Assembly (NCBI GenBank): GCA_951406725.2
Contig: OX597822.1
Coordinates: forward strand, 35,154,001-35,218,000
Length of the DNA stretch: 64,000 bases
Source: Octopus vulgaris
Lineage: Eukaryota
Direction: 5' to 3'
The position numbers and the translations under genes are program-made. How positions within the stretch are numbered: position 1 is the first letter of the stretch; every line of letters begins with the position of its first letter. Shown here in pieces: positions 49,600 through 63,312 of this stretch. The notes below the pieces were generated by a model, which searched no databases, was not told the DNA's origin, and saw only the letters and a list, made by a program, of their open reading frames with translations.

Positions 49600-49960
49600 A
49601 GGTAGTCCATTGACGGAAACTTCATATTCGTGGAGTATGCGTAGTTTCTCACAAAAATAACTGGTAATTGAAAGCTCCAAGTGAAGGAAGTGTCTTGTCG
49701 ATTATACTCCATTTGATGTTGGCGATGCCATTTCCATGCTCACAGACTCGCCACACGAAGAGGGTCAGTTATTCCCGAGTCAAGCAAGGATGTGCAGCGT
49801 AAAGCCTCTTCCAAGGTTTTTGGCTGTTGAACCCCAAAAGCGTTTTATGATACCATCAGATGGTGTGAGATGCAGAATCCTGCAAGTATGCTTTTGGTGG
49901 GATTTCGGCTGTTATAGGTCGAGGTATTGTTTGGAAGGTGTGCAGGTGAGTGTTTGCGCT
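49600..49960 (-). pseudogene. Penelope-like GIY-YIG endonuclease remnant
   Basis: Manual translation across frameshifts: IKRFWGSTA, WKRLYAAH, LFVWRVCEHGNGIANIKWSIIDK, CEKLRILHE (cf. YIGxT, FKxRYxxH, LSxYVW, IKWSII, CxLCxxEKxxI). Confidence 0.6.
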
Positions 49961-50048
49961 TATTTTAGCATGTGGCGTTCGAAACGATATTGTCTACGTA
50001 TCTATCTATTTAAATAGTTTGCTAACTGTCTGTCTGTCTGTCTATCTA

Positions 50049-50086
<38 letters not shown>

Positions 50087-50257
50087 CATATACATACACA
50101 CACACACATATATGTGTGTTTGAGTGTGTGTTTTATATATTCATATATATATATATATATATACAAATGTATATTTATATATATGCATATATATGTATAT
50201 ATATGTATATAAATATATATATATACATATATATATATACATATATATATATGTGTG

Positions 50258-50295
<38 letters not shown>

Positions 50296-50954
50296 TGTAT
50301 GTATATGTGTTTGTGTGTATGCATAAACATATACACATATACAATTTTCATTACACCATATATGATATTCAACTGTCTTTTCTATTTTTGTTTTGTTTTG
50401 CTTTGTTTTTTGTTTTGTTTTTTGTCTTGCTATCAATATATGAACATTGGAGACGTTTTGTATATTTAAATTGCTAACATTCGGAAAACTTTTTTTAAAC
50501 ATTGTTCTAGTCCGTTCTATTTGCCAATTCTTAGGCTGCATTATCACTTTTTAGTTTACACGCATTTTAGCTTCAATGCAACACCTTCTACGAAGTTAAA
50601 AGAAAAAGTCAATAAAGTTAGCGTCATTTGCCAATAAGATTCCATTGAAGAAAATCCGACCTGCGCAATGTAATCTCAGTATAGCGCAAGACTATATTCC
50701 ATTCCCGACGTTTCTGTCTAAAAGATAGCGAAATCCTTATGATAAATTGTGTCTCAAGTCCATTTGCAAATAATATCCTAAGCTAATTTATCTGGTTCCA
50801 AATTTGTTAAGAATTCAGTGCTTCATGTGTTTTCGTTTCATAGGGTTCGCATAGTGGGGACACATTGTTCATTATCCTGACTAAGTCTGCTATCAGTATG
50901 AAACGAAAAAGACATACAGTTCTCTGGTATGATCAGAACGATAGGGTTCGAGTA

Positions 50955-51600
50955 TACAGGGGGGGGGGGGCTAGAAAGAAATTAGATAACATTATACGTA
51001 ATGATACGAGTGGTATCTGCCCTAGATATAGAAACAAAGACTGCAATAGGATACAAAGAACTTGTGACAAAGCAAACAGGGCAAAAGCGTGATATAAAAC
51101 CGACAAATATATCAGTTTGTAGAGGCCACAGCCCATGGAGAATTAGCCCGTAGATTTAGAAAAGCCCTGAGGGAGACCAAACTCAACATTAAGATTGTTG
51201 AAAAGCCAAGAAACTCCGTCAGATCACAACTATGTAGGACGTACCCCTTTGAAAATACCATATGCACCAATGATAACTGCATGGTATGTAGTTTACAGCA
51301 TAAGATGCATAGAATGTGCTTGTAAAGACATGAACATGACATACATAGGGGAAACATCTAGGAGCATTGCGGAACGACTAAATGGACATCTCAGACAATA
51401 CGACGACAAAAACAGTCCTCCATACTCTACCAACATACCAAAGACCAGCATGGAAGCAACCTGGGTCGATTTGCTATCCGCATCTTATCCAAGCATCCAA
51501 AAGACCCAACACTCAGACAAATACGGGAGTACGTCCTTATAAATGAAACTTCCCCAATACTAAATAGGAAACATACATAGTAGATATCATACCCCCAGAG
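50955..51600 (+). pseudogene. Penelope-like element ORF C-terminus with GIY-YIG endonuclease
   Basis: GELARRFRKAL..IKIVEKP, Cys-rich linker CTNDNCMVC, VYSIRCIEC...YIGETSRSIAERLNGH, HTKDQH, DPTLRQIREYVLINETSPILNRK; frameshifted. Confidence 0.85.
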
Positions 51601-52154
51601 CAGAATAGTTAGTGGTCTGTTATGTAGATAGATGTATGTATGTGTGTGGGGGGTGTATGTATATGTGTATATGTACATGTAAGTAGGCATATGGATATGA
51701 AGATAAACAGATCAACATAAAGACGGATAGGTACATAGGTTATATGAACAGACAAGCGCACATACGCAAATGGAAACTGAAACATATGACCATGTATACA
51801 CACACACACATACATAAATAACACACGAACACGGACACGCAAACACATGAATATGCAGAATACATACATATGCATACACACACATATATACATACAGAGA
51901 CACAGGCATAAATATATACATACATACATACACACATGCATGCATAGGCACACACACGCTGACCCACACACATGCGCACGAACAAACAAAAATGAAAGCA
52001 GTGTAAATAACGGACAGTGCCAAGACTATTGAAAAGTTTGCAAGACGCAATGAAAATTTTGGGAAAATAAAAATAAGAAATAAGTGGAAATTTTACCGGT
52101 GAGTGTGTTGAATTATAAGGCACAAAAAGAAAATGACTCTTCCCAGACACAACA

Positions 52155-52227
<73 letters not shown>

Positions 52228-52734
52228 ATTCGTATCTTCCGCGATCGAAACCATAGCAAGCCCTGCAGTACGTCATATGCCAAGGGAAAGCATCGTAACT
52301 AAAACTGTTATGAATAGTGCTTACCATTACACCACTCGTATTTTATGTTCATTTCTCAATTTAATCGGCTGGTGTTGAGATATACTGTTGAGACAAAGTA
52401 TTTCTTAAAATATTTAGCATTAATAACTGAATAAACTGCATATATTTTTATAGCTTCCCAGATATTCATATTCATTGAGAATATTCCGCTAAAGTGTGAT
52501 GGATCCTTTTTCTAGATACCATGTCATCTTGGATCAACATTTCCATTTTAAAGTGCTGTCTTTATGCATTAATTTTATTTTAAATTTGTTTAATATTTTG
52601 ATATTATTAATTTACGTATAATCCACACCTCACAGCGCATTTCAAATTTCAGAATCGTTTTGGATACGGATATTAGTGTTTGAATATATTTCCATTAGAT
52701 TATTAGGATTCTGCACTACAAAATTATCTTTTTT

Positions 52735-53249
52735 ACTCTAAACACAAGGCAACTAGTACTTAATTTCTCGACCCCGAAAGGAACCAAGACAAAGTCGACC
52801 TCAGCGGAATTTGAACTCAGAACGAAGACAGACGAAATACCGCTAAACATTTCGCCCGGCGTGCTAACGTTTCTTATTTCTTTAATACCCACAAGGGGCT
52901 AAACATAGAAGGGACAAACAAGGATAGACAAAGGGATTAAGTCGATTACGTCGATTCCAGTGCGTAACTAGTACTTAATTTATCTACACCGAAAGGATGA
53001 AAGGCAAAGTCAACCTCGGCGGAATGTGAGCTCAGAACAAAAAGACAGACGAAAATACCGGCCGGCGTGCTACCGTTTCTGCCAGCTCGCCACCTTTGCA
53101 CTATAAAATAACATTTTCTACTCCAGGCACAAGGCCCGAAATTTTGGAGGAGGGAGCTAATCAATTAGATCGACCCCAGTACGCAACTGGAACTTAATTT
53201 ATCGACCCCGAAAGGATGAAAGGCAAAGTCGACATCGGCGGAATTTGAC
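52735..53249 (-). mobile_element. SINE group B cluster; last copy 53113-53249 is 5'-truncated with a 16-bp TSD
   Basis: TSD tgcactataaaataac at 53097-53112 and 53250-53265. Confidence 0.88.
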
Positions 53250-54528
53250 TGCACTATAAAATAACGACGCTTCTTTTGGTTAGTAAGTTTCATTCTTCCT
53301 ATTGATACATTCCCTATCTACCCTGGGTTATCAACATTTACTTACACCTATGTCCGAGCAAGCTTGACCAGGCGATGATATCTAACTTCTAAATGGACTT
53401 ATAAATTAAATATTGAATAATGTTAAATAAAATATTTTGTAAAACGAAGCGCAATTTCTACAATCAAATTTCAGCTGGAAATCTTATCTTCATGTTTGTA
53501 CCAGCAAATTGTTTTAAAGTAATGTAATTCTCATGTAAGCAATTAATATAACAAATGTTTCTGCTATCCTGAGAATAAAAGAAATTCTCACGATTCGCCA
53601 AACGGTTTATCCGTCTATCATTGCCTTTGATACCGTTTTATTTACTTCCACTAATAACACCATTGGGAAAGATACTGGACGTACCTCCCTGTATGATATT
53701 CATAGGTCATGGTGTATCTCATTAAAATATTTAACGAAATCAGATTGATTAATTACGGTGCGTTCTAGACATATTAATATTGGAGTTGCTTTTGTCGCTG
53801 AATTTTTTTTCTTTTTGTCTTTTCTCATAGACCCGATGGTTTGATATTTTAACATAAATAGTTAACGTTATTATTATCACAGGGGAAACACTAGATTAAA
53901 CTAAGAGATCAGGCTAGATCTCTGAGATGATTTATTGTTAATACGGTTATGGGTTATTTTAACATTAACCTCATGGTTAGATTTGAAACAAGGTTAGATT
54001 AGGCTAGATCAGGTTAGACTCCAATAGTCTTCAGGTCTCTTATTACCGAATATGTCCATATTTATGGAATGGGTTGACGATCAAGAACATTTATTTCTAA
54101 ACTGATCGTAGTAATGCTTCTATTACTAAATTACGGTGGTGTGACCTAGTGAGAACATTAACATATGTTTAGAAGTAAAGATTCATTTCGGTAAATCCAG
54201 TTCTTATGTATTTAGGAATAAGATAGTCGATGACGATAAGGGATCAAACTTATCGAAACATCTTGTACTTTTAAATACATTTTTATGTTCAGGATTGTGA
54301 ATAAGCAAGTAAATACCTTTTCATGTTAAATAATGTCAATATGTAACTTAATAGTTATGAATTTATGTCGGTTGCGACTATGGGGATTCAGTTGTTTGAT
54401 CAATCTAACTGCTTCCTCTTTAAATTTGAACGTAAATCGCTGAGTGTTCAAGATTCACGTGTCCTTTTGATATAATCTTCAGACAGAACCAACACCACAC
54501 AGCGTGACAAGACAGTTACATGTGCCAT

Positions 54529-54578
<50 letters not shown>

Positions 54579-54581
<3 letters not shown>

Positions 54582-54870
54582 ACTTATAAACAAGGGCAAA
54601 AGAAAAAAAATTCCAATGCCAAATATGCCGAAAATAGACTTAAATCGTCAATAACAGTATAATTCATCACTATAAGCAGGAGAAAATTGTTATGAATTAA
54701 CTCTGAAATCGGGGCCTATACGATAATAACGGAATTTTTTAGAAATTTCTGTCGGTTCAATTCGAGACGCGTGCTTATAGTGATGAATTATATGGTTATT
54801 GACGATTTAAGTCTATTTTCAGCATATTTGGCATTAGAATTTTTTTCTTTTGTCCTTGTTTATAAGTTGT
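54579..54870. repeat. 100-bp inverted repeat, 93-bp spacer
   Basis: 54579-54678 is the reverse complement of 54772-54870 with few mismatches. Confidence 0.92.
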
Positions 54871-55125
54871 TTATAAATTTAACCTTTAAAGGTATTTTTT
54901 AATATACAGGCCATTTATAGAATTTTTTAGAAAAATTTTATCCTATATTATATATATATACATATACACACACATATACATATATATATATATATACATA
55001 TATACACATACATATATACACATACCTTTGTATATATGCACACATATATATATACATGTATATATATATATATACATGCATATATATGGATATATATATA
55101 TATGTGTGTGTGTATGTATATACAC

Positions 55126-55182
<57 letters not shown>

Positions 55183-55185
<3 letters not shown>

Positions 55186-55320
55186 AGAGTTTACGAAATA
55201 GAGAAAAGACGAAGAATAGAAAAAAGTCTTTTACGTTTCGAGCCTACGCTCTTCCACAGAAAGGGACACAGAAAAAACAAGGAGAGGAACAAGGAAAGAA
55301 AAGAATGTGTGTAGTGGCAA
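55183..55320 (-). mobile_element. Penelope-type pseudo-LTR-like repeat with a minimal hammerhead variant
   Basis: Minus strand cttt-CUGUGGA-a-gagc gtag gctc-GAAAC-GUA-aaag; related to 14655-14900. Confidence 0.55.
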
Positions 55321-55825
55321 ATATATATAGTGATAATAGTAATGTATATATAGAGAAATATTTGTGACTATATAATTGTGCATGTACTCGTGCTTTGACT
55401 AAAAGTTCGTCTTAAGTATGTTTTACTCAACAGTTTATTGTTCGTGTATTCTTTATTTGTATTGTCCCGCGTGGCTCCGAGTTTATATCCAATACCGTTC
55501 TATGTGCTTCGACTTAGCTAGCAATTTGGTCTGAAATAACTTTATTTCTTTATCAATTATGTACTTTGTATTTCAGCTGTTATCTTTTCAAAAAATACAT
55601 TTATCTATAAACGAAGTGGATATTAACAGGATATTGAACAGAAAGTAGAATAAATTTGGTTTTTCCAATTTTAGCCGCGCTTATATTTTTGTTCTTTTCT
55701 CTCGACAGTTCCTCGGTTATTCTGACATTCTTCAGCCCTTTACTTTCAGGTCTTTTATCTCGTATTTCCAGGTTTATACAGTTGAAAACAGTTTTGTCAA
55801 TCAGAAATTCACTAGAAGCACAGCA

Positions 55826-55883
<58 letters not shown>

Positions 55884-56059
55884 ATCTGTTTATCTACCTA
55901 TTTACCTATCAATCAATCTATCCATTTATATATCTACCTATTTACCTACCTACCTACCTACCTACCTACCTACCTACCTATCTAACTATCTATAACTTGT
56001 AAGATTTTAGAATGCTCTTCAGGTTTTGGACATTCGGTTCTTTATAATCTCCATCCCCC

Positions 56060-56860
56060 ATCCCCGTCTTTCTTGTCTGTCACACCGAGGTAACCAAAGT
56101 CTTCGAAATCTTCTGCCTCGTTGTCGCCGACTCACACGAGCTTATTATTTGACATTATTCATTAGCGCTTTATATATTTCTGGGTTGAATTGAAGGTCAA
56201 TTCTAACAACAGTCTTTCTCAGGTTATGTGTCTTACTCTGGATGTGTTCATAAGTGGATCATAGCAATGCTACTTCGTCTGCTAAGTCGAGATCTCCGGG
56301 CATGCTCATGAGGCTCCATCTAATGTCTTTCCTGTACTTTTCTATTGTTTTTCGCATTACGCAGTCTATCGCCATGAGAAACAGGAAAACTGACATAAGA
56401 CATCCCTGCTTGACTCCACTTGTAACATTAAACTACTTGTTTTCTCCGTCGTCCACTACTGTGCACCCGAAGATGTTATACATGGCCTGCATTTATCCAT
56501 CAGCTTACCCAGGCTACCATACGATCTGATTATTTTCCACGGTTTTTCGCGGTTGACTGAGTAAAAGGTCCTTTTTAAAGTCAACGAAGTGAACATACAA
56601 TGTTGCTCTCCACTTTGGGGCTTGCTCAAAAATGCTACTAACGATAAATATTTGCTCAGTTGTCGGGGGGTTTTTTTCTGGCAGAATCTAGCCTGCTCTT
56701 TCCTGAGTGCTTGATCAACTCCTCTCCGTTTCTCTCCATGATCCGCCCCATGACTTTACTCATTACAGGGAGTAGTGTTATTCCTCACCAATTCCGGCAT
56801 ACCTCCAAGTCACCCTTGTTTGGTAATTTGATGGCGATCTGTTTTTTTTCCATTTGTCTG
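56060..56860 (-). pseudogene. RTE-clade LINE reverse transcriptase fragment
   Basis: Manual translation KLPNKGDLEVCRNW*GITLLPVMSKV, LRKEQARF, TTEQIFI, FVDFKK, TSGVKQGCLMSVFLF, DLDLADEVALL. Confidence 0.88.
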
Positions 56861-57309
56861 GTATTCTTTCACTGTACTACGCATTTCTGTACAATTTGAG
56901 GGATTTTAATCGAATAGACCGAGCGCAAAACTTATTTTTTAAAGTCTTGTACTTAACTCTACCGGCACCTTTTGCTGAACCACTAAGTTCAATCATAGGA
57001 TATCAAGCAGGCGAGAAAGTGAGAAACACAGTCTCAGACACAAACTAAACTTGCGCACACACGCACACACGTGTACACACGGACACGCGCACACGCGCGC
57101 AAAAACACACACACACACACACACACAAACAAATTACATAAAATTGTTTTTTTCAGCAATACCTACGGCTTAATGTTCACATTTTGCTGTCAGCATAACG
57201 TCTATTTTCACAACCATTCCTTCATCATTGGAGAATATATAAAAAATATTTTTCTCTACTAACATAAGTAAGTAAGCTGTATTCATCAAAATAAAATAAT
57301 CATGTACAG

Positions 57310-57379
<70 letters not shown>

Positions 57380-57389
57380 GTATATGTAT

Positions 57390-57423
<34 letters not shown>

Positions 57424-57829
57424 ATGTATATGTATATATTGTATATATATATGTATATGTATATATATATGTATATATATGTATGTATATATACACATAT
57501 GTGTATATATATATTTATCAAGCTATTCAAATAGCTCTAGCGTTTACAAGGTATTAACATTGATGTTATATATATTCGATATGGAGATAGTTTTTTCATA
57601 TCCATCGGCAATTGTTCATTGTTGTCAGAAATCCGGGGGCTACCACATTAGGTATCCTCACGGATAGGTCGTTGTATATCTTTTATCTTTTGTTCTTTTG
57701 TCTTTTCTCGATTTCAAGCGTCCATCGGCGTTCATACTCGACAATCGACTTAATTGATTCTGACGAACAAATTTACATCAGTTCTCATTTTTAAAGTCTG
57801 CTACATTTTCTATCGTTTTCTTTCGTCGA

Positions 57830-58130
57830 ACGTCTAAGTCACTGGGACGTAAGAAAAGCAACACCTGTTGTCAAGTGATGGAAGGGACTAGAGATACAAA
57901 CACAAAAATGAGCGCGCGCGCAAACACAAGCACCCCACTCATACACACACATATATATATATATATATATTTATAACTACTCGACATGCTTCCACACAGT
58001 TTCCACCTACGAAATACACTCATAAGGAAGTGGTCTGCACGGACCCATAATATATGCTACTCTTCCAAAGTACCGCTCAAGGGAATTGAACTAGGAACTA
58101 TGTGGTTGCAACGCGATCTTCTTACCGACA
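57830..58130 (-). mobile_element. SINE group A, degenerate
   Basis: Eroded head (aggaactatgtggttgc...cttacc) and body. Confidence 0.6.
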
Positions 58131-58439
58131 CATCCAATTTTTAGCATTGCAGTACGATGCTATCATCAAATTTTGACCCTGATTTTTTTCAATATCGAAT
58201 AAGTTTATTTGAAGCCGGTATGTTCGTGCACTCACGCACGCATGTGTATATCTTCCTCTAACGTCGTTGTATACGTTGCGACTATTTTTGTCATGTAACC
58301 GCTTGGTTTGAGACATAGAGACTGATGAAATTGTTCCTAGACTTAAATGATTAGCGTAAAATATGTGTGACCAAAACCTGTAAACCCCAGAATGGATGCC
58401 CTAAAAACCACTAAAATATACTGTAGTTCTAACTTGTGT

Positions 58440-58484
<45 letters not shown>

Positions 58485-60821
58485 GACATCAGAACCGAAC
58501 GAATTGGTCAAGCATGGGGAGTAAAATTTGTACAACGAACAAAAAGATCTCGTGATAGTCAGAGACGAAGTTTTTGTCACTCGAAGCCAAGGTCAACCTA
58601 GGCATTTCAGAAACAGAAATAGATGAAATAAGTAACTCTGAAGGTACTGGGGTCTACAATATGATCGACTATAAAACCACTGCTCCAGCATGGCGTTAAT
58701 GAAAAACGAGGAAACAATAATATGGTTGGCCTCTTTTTGTCCTCGGTTACTGGTATTGCAGAAACAGTAACTTAACACATCAGCTGTGCCTGGGTAGTTT
58801 CCAAATGCAAGTAGACCTCTCCAGCTTTCCGCTCATGGATACGTCAGAAAGGAAAGCCATGACAATATATCCGAGGCGTCCACGGAGCCACAGGGGACAC
58901 TAGATATTGACTAAGTATAACTACACATATCTGCCTCAGGGTCCCTCCCTCCAAAAGAATAATATAATTGATACTTAGATAATATTTTAATAATTTGTAA
59001 TTATATACTATAGAGCGACGGCCCTGTCATCAAAGAATTAGAAACAGAATACGCTTGATGGATTCCCAATCTCCATAATATTCTCAACAGGACAGTAAGT
59101 AGATCGAATTACTATTCTTATTATCCTCCAACTTTACTTTGTGCTCCATGGAGCTGTTTTCTTTATGCAATAGTCTTCTTACTTGATTCATTATACATTT
59201 TATATATTTTATTTTTATTTCCATTATCTACCTTACTGCCAAGTCTAAAGCATTGTATTGTCATAGTTTTCTTTCTTCTTTATCTGTGTCTTGGTCGTGT
59301 TGTGTTTTTTTATCAGAATTAAATTTGGATCAATATAATCATCTTTCAGTTAGAAAACTGCTAGTTTCTTTCACACATTTTCTGAAAACTTCCTTTGTCT
59401 CTTATTTCATTCAATATCTTTAACAGACAATTTTATGCTTTTTAATTCACATTTTCTCTCACAACGATTTTCTGATCTTTTCTTTCCTGTCCTGCTCTAA
59501 TATAACTCGTAGTCTTTTGTCCACTCTGTTGCTAAAGTAGCCTTGCCAACTATTCATCTTAAAAATTCTATTCTTATACGCCAAAGATTCTATCTTCTAG
59601 TGTCATTCCTTTACTCCATAATAGAGATCTATTGTCATAAAACCTTCTTTATGTCTACTACAGTCAGTCTCCGTAATATTTATTTATTAATTCTTCGTCT
59701 TAAATCAAATTGAATTTTATTGAATCTTTGAAATCTTGAAACAAAATTCGGTATTTCCTTTTACAACAATGTTATTTCCGATATATATGTTATTTCCTTT
59801 CGATCATAAAGGTTCGCAAACTAAATGAAAGGATTAATCGATATTTCAGAACCAGATTTTAGATAAGTGGAATGATATTACAAAAAAAATATTTTGCTTT
59901 CATATGTACAATATTCGATATTATCTTGTCAGTTAAACCTATAGCGAAATCGTAAACAACATTTACATCAACATCCCTTGAGAAATATATTATGTAACTT
60001 TGTTCATGAAAAATGTAGGTTCTCTTAAATATTCTATTCATAAAAGAGAGGAGAGATAATTTCCTCTAGTACTAGGCGATGAAATATCTGATAGACGTCC
60101 TAGAGCAAGTAGCTCCTTCCTTTTATTTCTAAATTGGCGACCTATCTAATGCTATTCCTACAAAATCAGAACTCCTATCTTATCCATGCATGACTATACA
60201 ATGTTATCGACTTTACTCTTAAATCTAACTTTTCAGTTGAGCTGAGGGCATTCAATTGTATATCACAGGAATTGTGGAATAAGTTCTTAACAAAAGATAG
60301 AGCTCCATGGCCAAAATAGAAGTTCATAGACAGAAAATACAGCTTCCTGTTCGCTTTATGGTTGAAAACATAATTCTTTATCTATGCATTTTGACATTAC
60401 TTAGAGTTCACAATTTCCTTTTTACTATTCTGTAAAAATCTGACATCACGTACATATAAAACTTATAACGGGTTCAATGGATACTTGCTGCGTAAAAACA
60501 GAGCCAAACTCTTCGCGTTCGTTTAATATGATGGACAGAAACCAACCTTCAACAAAAGGTGAAGTTAAAATAAAGACAGACCTGTTGTTAATAATTACAG
60601 CACTGCCGCTGCTCATGAGATATGCACTGAGTAAAAGACAGGACATCTACATGATCAGTCCGCATCCTAGAAATAGCAGCCAATTTTTCTTCAAACCAGA
60701 TCCAACATTCTTGAAAAAGGAAGGATGTATTGAACAATGTATTCCTTGATACTGTTTAAAAGGCGAGAAGGTCCCGCATGAAAAGGCAAATATGCACACA
60801 CACACACACACACACACACAT

Positions 60822-61222
60822 ACTCTTTTTGTTACTTGTTTCAGTCATTTGATTGCGGCCACGCTGGAGCACCACCTTTTAGTCGAGCAAATCGACCCCA
60901 GGACTTATTCTTCGTGAGTCTAGAACTCATTCTATCGGTCTCTTTTGCCAAACCGCTAATTTACGGGGACGTAAACAGTCCAGCATCGGTTGTCAAGCGA
61001 TGTTGAGGGTACAAACACAGACACACAAATACACACACACAGATATATATACATATACACGACGGGCTTCTTTCAGTTTCCGTCTACCAAATCCACTCAC
61101 AAGGCTTTGGTCGGCCTTAGGCTATAGTAAAAGACACTTGCTCAAGGTGACACATAGTGGGACTGAACCAGGAACCATGTGGTTGGTTAGCAAGCTACTT
61201 ACTACTCAACCATTCCTGCGCC
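60822..61222 (-). mobile_element. SINE group A, full length
   Basis: Complete group A structure, reverse complement. Confidence 0.92.
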
Positions 61223-61444
61223 TATATATATATATATATATATATAAATAGGTGAATGAATTATTCTATGTTTATCGTCAACATGGAAAATTCGTTTAAC
61301 CGAAACCTGGGTAACAAATTCACGTCAGAAACATGGTTGAAGCGACCTGTCCAAGAGTAGAAACTCCGGGTTCATGTGCAGAAATTTGTATGTTGTATAT
61401 GAATAAATGAAAGAATGGAGTCGAACGAAGATGTTCGCAAAAGT

Positions 61445-61537
61445 CCTTTACTCTCGACATATGTTTCGAAGATAACATGTTTTCATTCCAAAGGAATAAA
61501 GGGTGCATTATGCAATCTTCTCATCAGGAAAGAAAGG
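61445..61537 (-). ncRNA. type I hammerhead ribozyme, intact core
   Basis: tcatcag 61521-61527 (CUGAUGA), gtttc 61463-61467 (GAAAC), gac 61456-61458 (GUC); stems as at 22447. Confidence 0.85.
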
Positions 61538-61851
61538 GAGCCTCTCTCGACAACAAGACAAACAACAATTTCGATGACTGCCTACATGGTAAACAAAACG
61601 ATAATGAGTGTTTTTAAAAAACCGTTAGAATTGACGTCAAAGATAGATAGTAGGAAGAGAAGGGTTAAAGGAATAATAGGTAGGGAACAAGTGGAGAGGG
61701 AAGGGTACGTTGATTGAAAGAAAGAATGTTCGAAGGCTTAGGAAAGAATTTCGCTATTGAAGTGGGGTGGACGTAAAGCTAATTGTTCAAACCACAGTGA
61801 CTATCGTTATCATTTATATTTTTTTGTTTGTCTTGTTGTCGAGAGAGGCTC

Positions 61852-61944
61852 CCTTTCTTTCCTGATGAGAAGATTGCATAATGCACCCTTTATTCCTTTG
61901 GAATGAAAACATGTTGTCTTCGAAACATATGTCGAGAGTAAAGG
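61852..61944 (+). ncRNA. type I hammerhead ribozyme, intact core
   Basis: CUGAUGA 61862-61868, GAAAC 61922-61926, ATAT, GUC 61931-61933, gagagtaaagg. Confidence 0.85.
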
Positions 61945-62002
61945 AATTTTGTTAACATCTTCGTTCGACTCCATTCTTTCATTTATATATATGTATATAT
62001 AT

Positions 62003-62164
62003 ACAACGGGCTTCTTTCAGTTTCTGTCTACCATATCCACTGACGTGGCTTACGTCGGCCCGAGGTTATAGTAGAAGAGACTTGCACAAGTCCTCAAGCA
62101 GTGGGACTGGATCCAGAACCATGTCGTTGGGAAGCAAGCTTCTTACCACACAGTCACTCCTGAG
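62003..62164 (-). mobile_element. SINE group A, 5' part
   Basis: acgggcttctttcagttt...ttaccacacagtcactcctg. Confidence 0.85.
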
Positions 62165-62269
62165 GAGTAGTTAAACGAGTAGTATATCACGCTTGATAAG
62201 TAGTTAAGGGAAATAGTTATTGACTCAACATACAAATCTACGGTTCTAACGAGTTTCTTATAAAGAGTA

Positions 62270-62462
62270 CGCTCTGTACCTCCATCGTCCTTATGTATCG
62301 TACGCTTGTGACGGCGCATCGATGACACTCTTATCCAACTAGATCGTGATATTGTTCATCCATTGCTTTTTTGCGCCTCTTGATCTATAACCCTATAGAC
62401 TTCTTTCCCTGATAATGTTTTCCAAACCTACGCTTCTTCGAATATGGCCATAATAGATTTTC
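62270..62462 (-). pseudogene. RTE-clade LINE extreme C-terminal remnant
   Basis: KIYYGHIRRSVGLENIIRERSL*GYRSRGAKKQWMNNI...GRWR (cf. YFGHIxR..LEK..G.R.RGRP..W.D.I..WR). Confidence 0.65.
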
Positions 62463-62964
62463 AAGGGTTGCCTTTCACTTACTTGCTGTAGCACCGATTC
62501 ACTAGTATAGTGGTCCTTCTAAGAGATACTTTTTTTTACCTCTGTGATAAACTCTTTTAGATGATCGCTTTTTTCTCTATTGGCAACATACAAAATAATT
62601 ACATTTGTCAAATACAAAACAGAAGGGCACAAAAAAAATTAGCGAACAAGAGAACGCAACATATAGTTTTATTCATTAGGTTTATGGTGTAAGAGGGAGT
62701 AAAGAGAGTTCGTCATTTCGGACCGTTCATCTTTGACATAAAAAAAAGAGACTAAAATTTGAAGCACATACTCTTATTGATAATTTATAGCATGAAACCA
62801 ATATGTATATATTCCGTATAACTGTTCGCAATATTACCCTTGTTTTATTTTATTTCTGATAGTTCTTTTTCTTGGAATATTACGATTCTGAAGTGCACCT
62901 CTTGATTACCAGGTCATATATAAATTCTAAATTATAAGAAGCCATGATTATTATCGTTATAATC

Positions 62965-63312
62965 AAATTACGACGAGGTCGACTTTGCCTGTCATCCTTT
63001 CGGTGTCGATAATATAAGTACCAGTCACGTACTGGGGTCGATTTAATCGACTATCCCTTCCCCAAAATTTCAGGTCTTGCGCTCATAGTTGAAAAGAATA
63101 TTATTATCGTTATTATAGCCATTGTTTTTAAGGCAGCGAGTTAGCAGAATCGTTAGCACACCAGGCAAAATGCTTAGTGGCATTTCGAATGCCTGTGCTT
63201 TCTGTGTTCAAAATCAGCCGAGGTCGAACTTACCTTTAACCCCTTCGGTGTTGTAGTAATCGACACTCACGTACCCCATAATTTCAAGTCTTATAACTCT
63301 AATAGAAAGATT
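62965..63312 (+). mobile_element. two SINE group B copies
   Basis: Group B body; first copy flanked by attattatcgttat at 62947 and 63100. Confidence 0.8.

Larger units (their letters stand above)
61247..61985. mobile_element. Penelope-type insertion with inverted pseudo-LTRs (- copy from 61247; + partial copy 61824-61985)
   Basis: ~61402-61565 and 61824-61985 are reverse complements; both match 22433-22740. Confidence 0.78.

Noticed and set aside
59050-60420. Strand-biased segment suggestive of decayed LINE
   Set aside because: No motif could be read with confidence.
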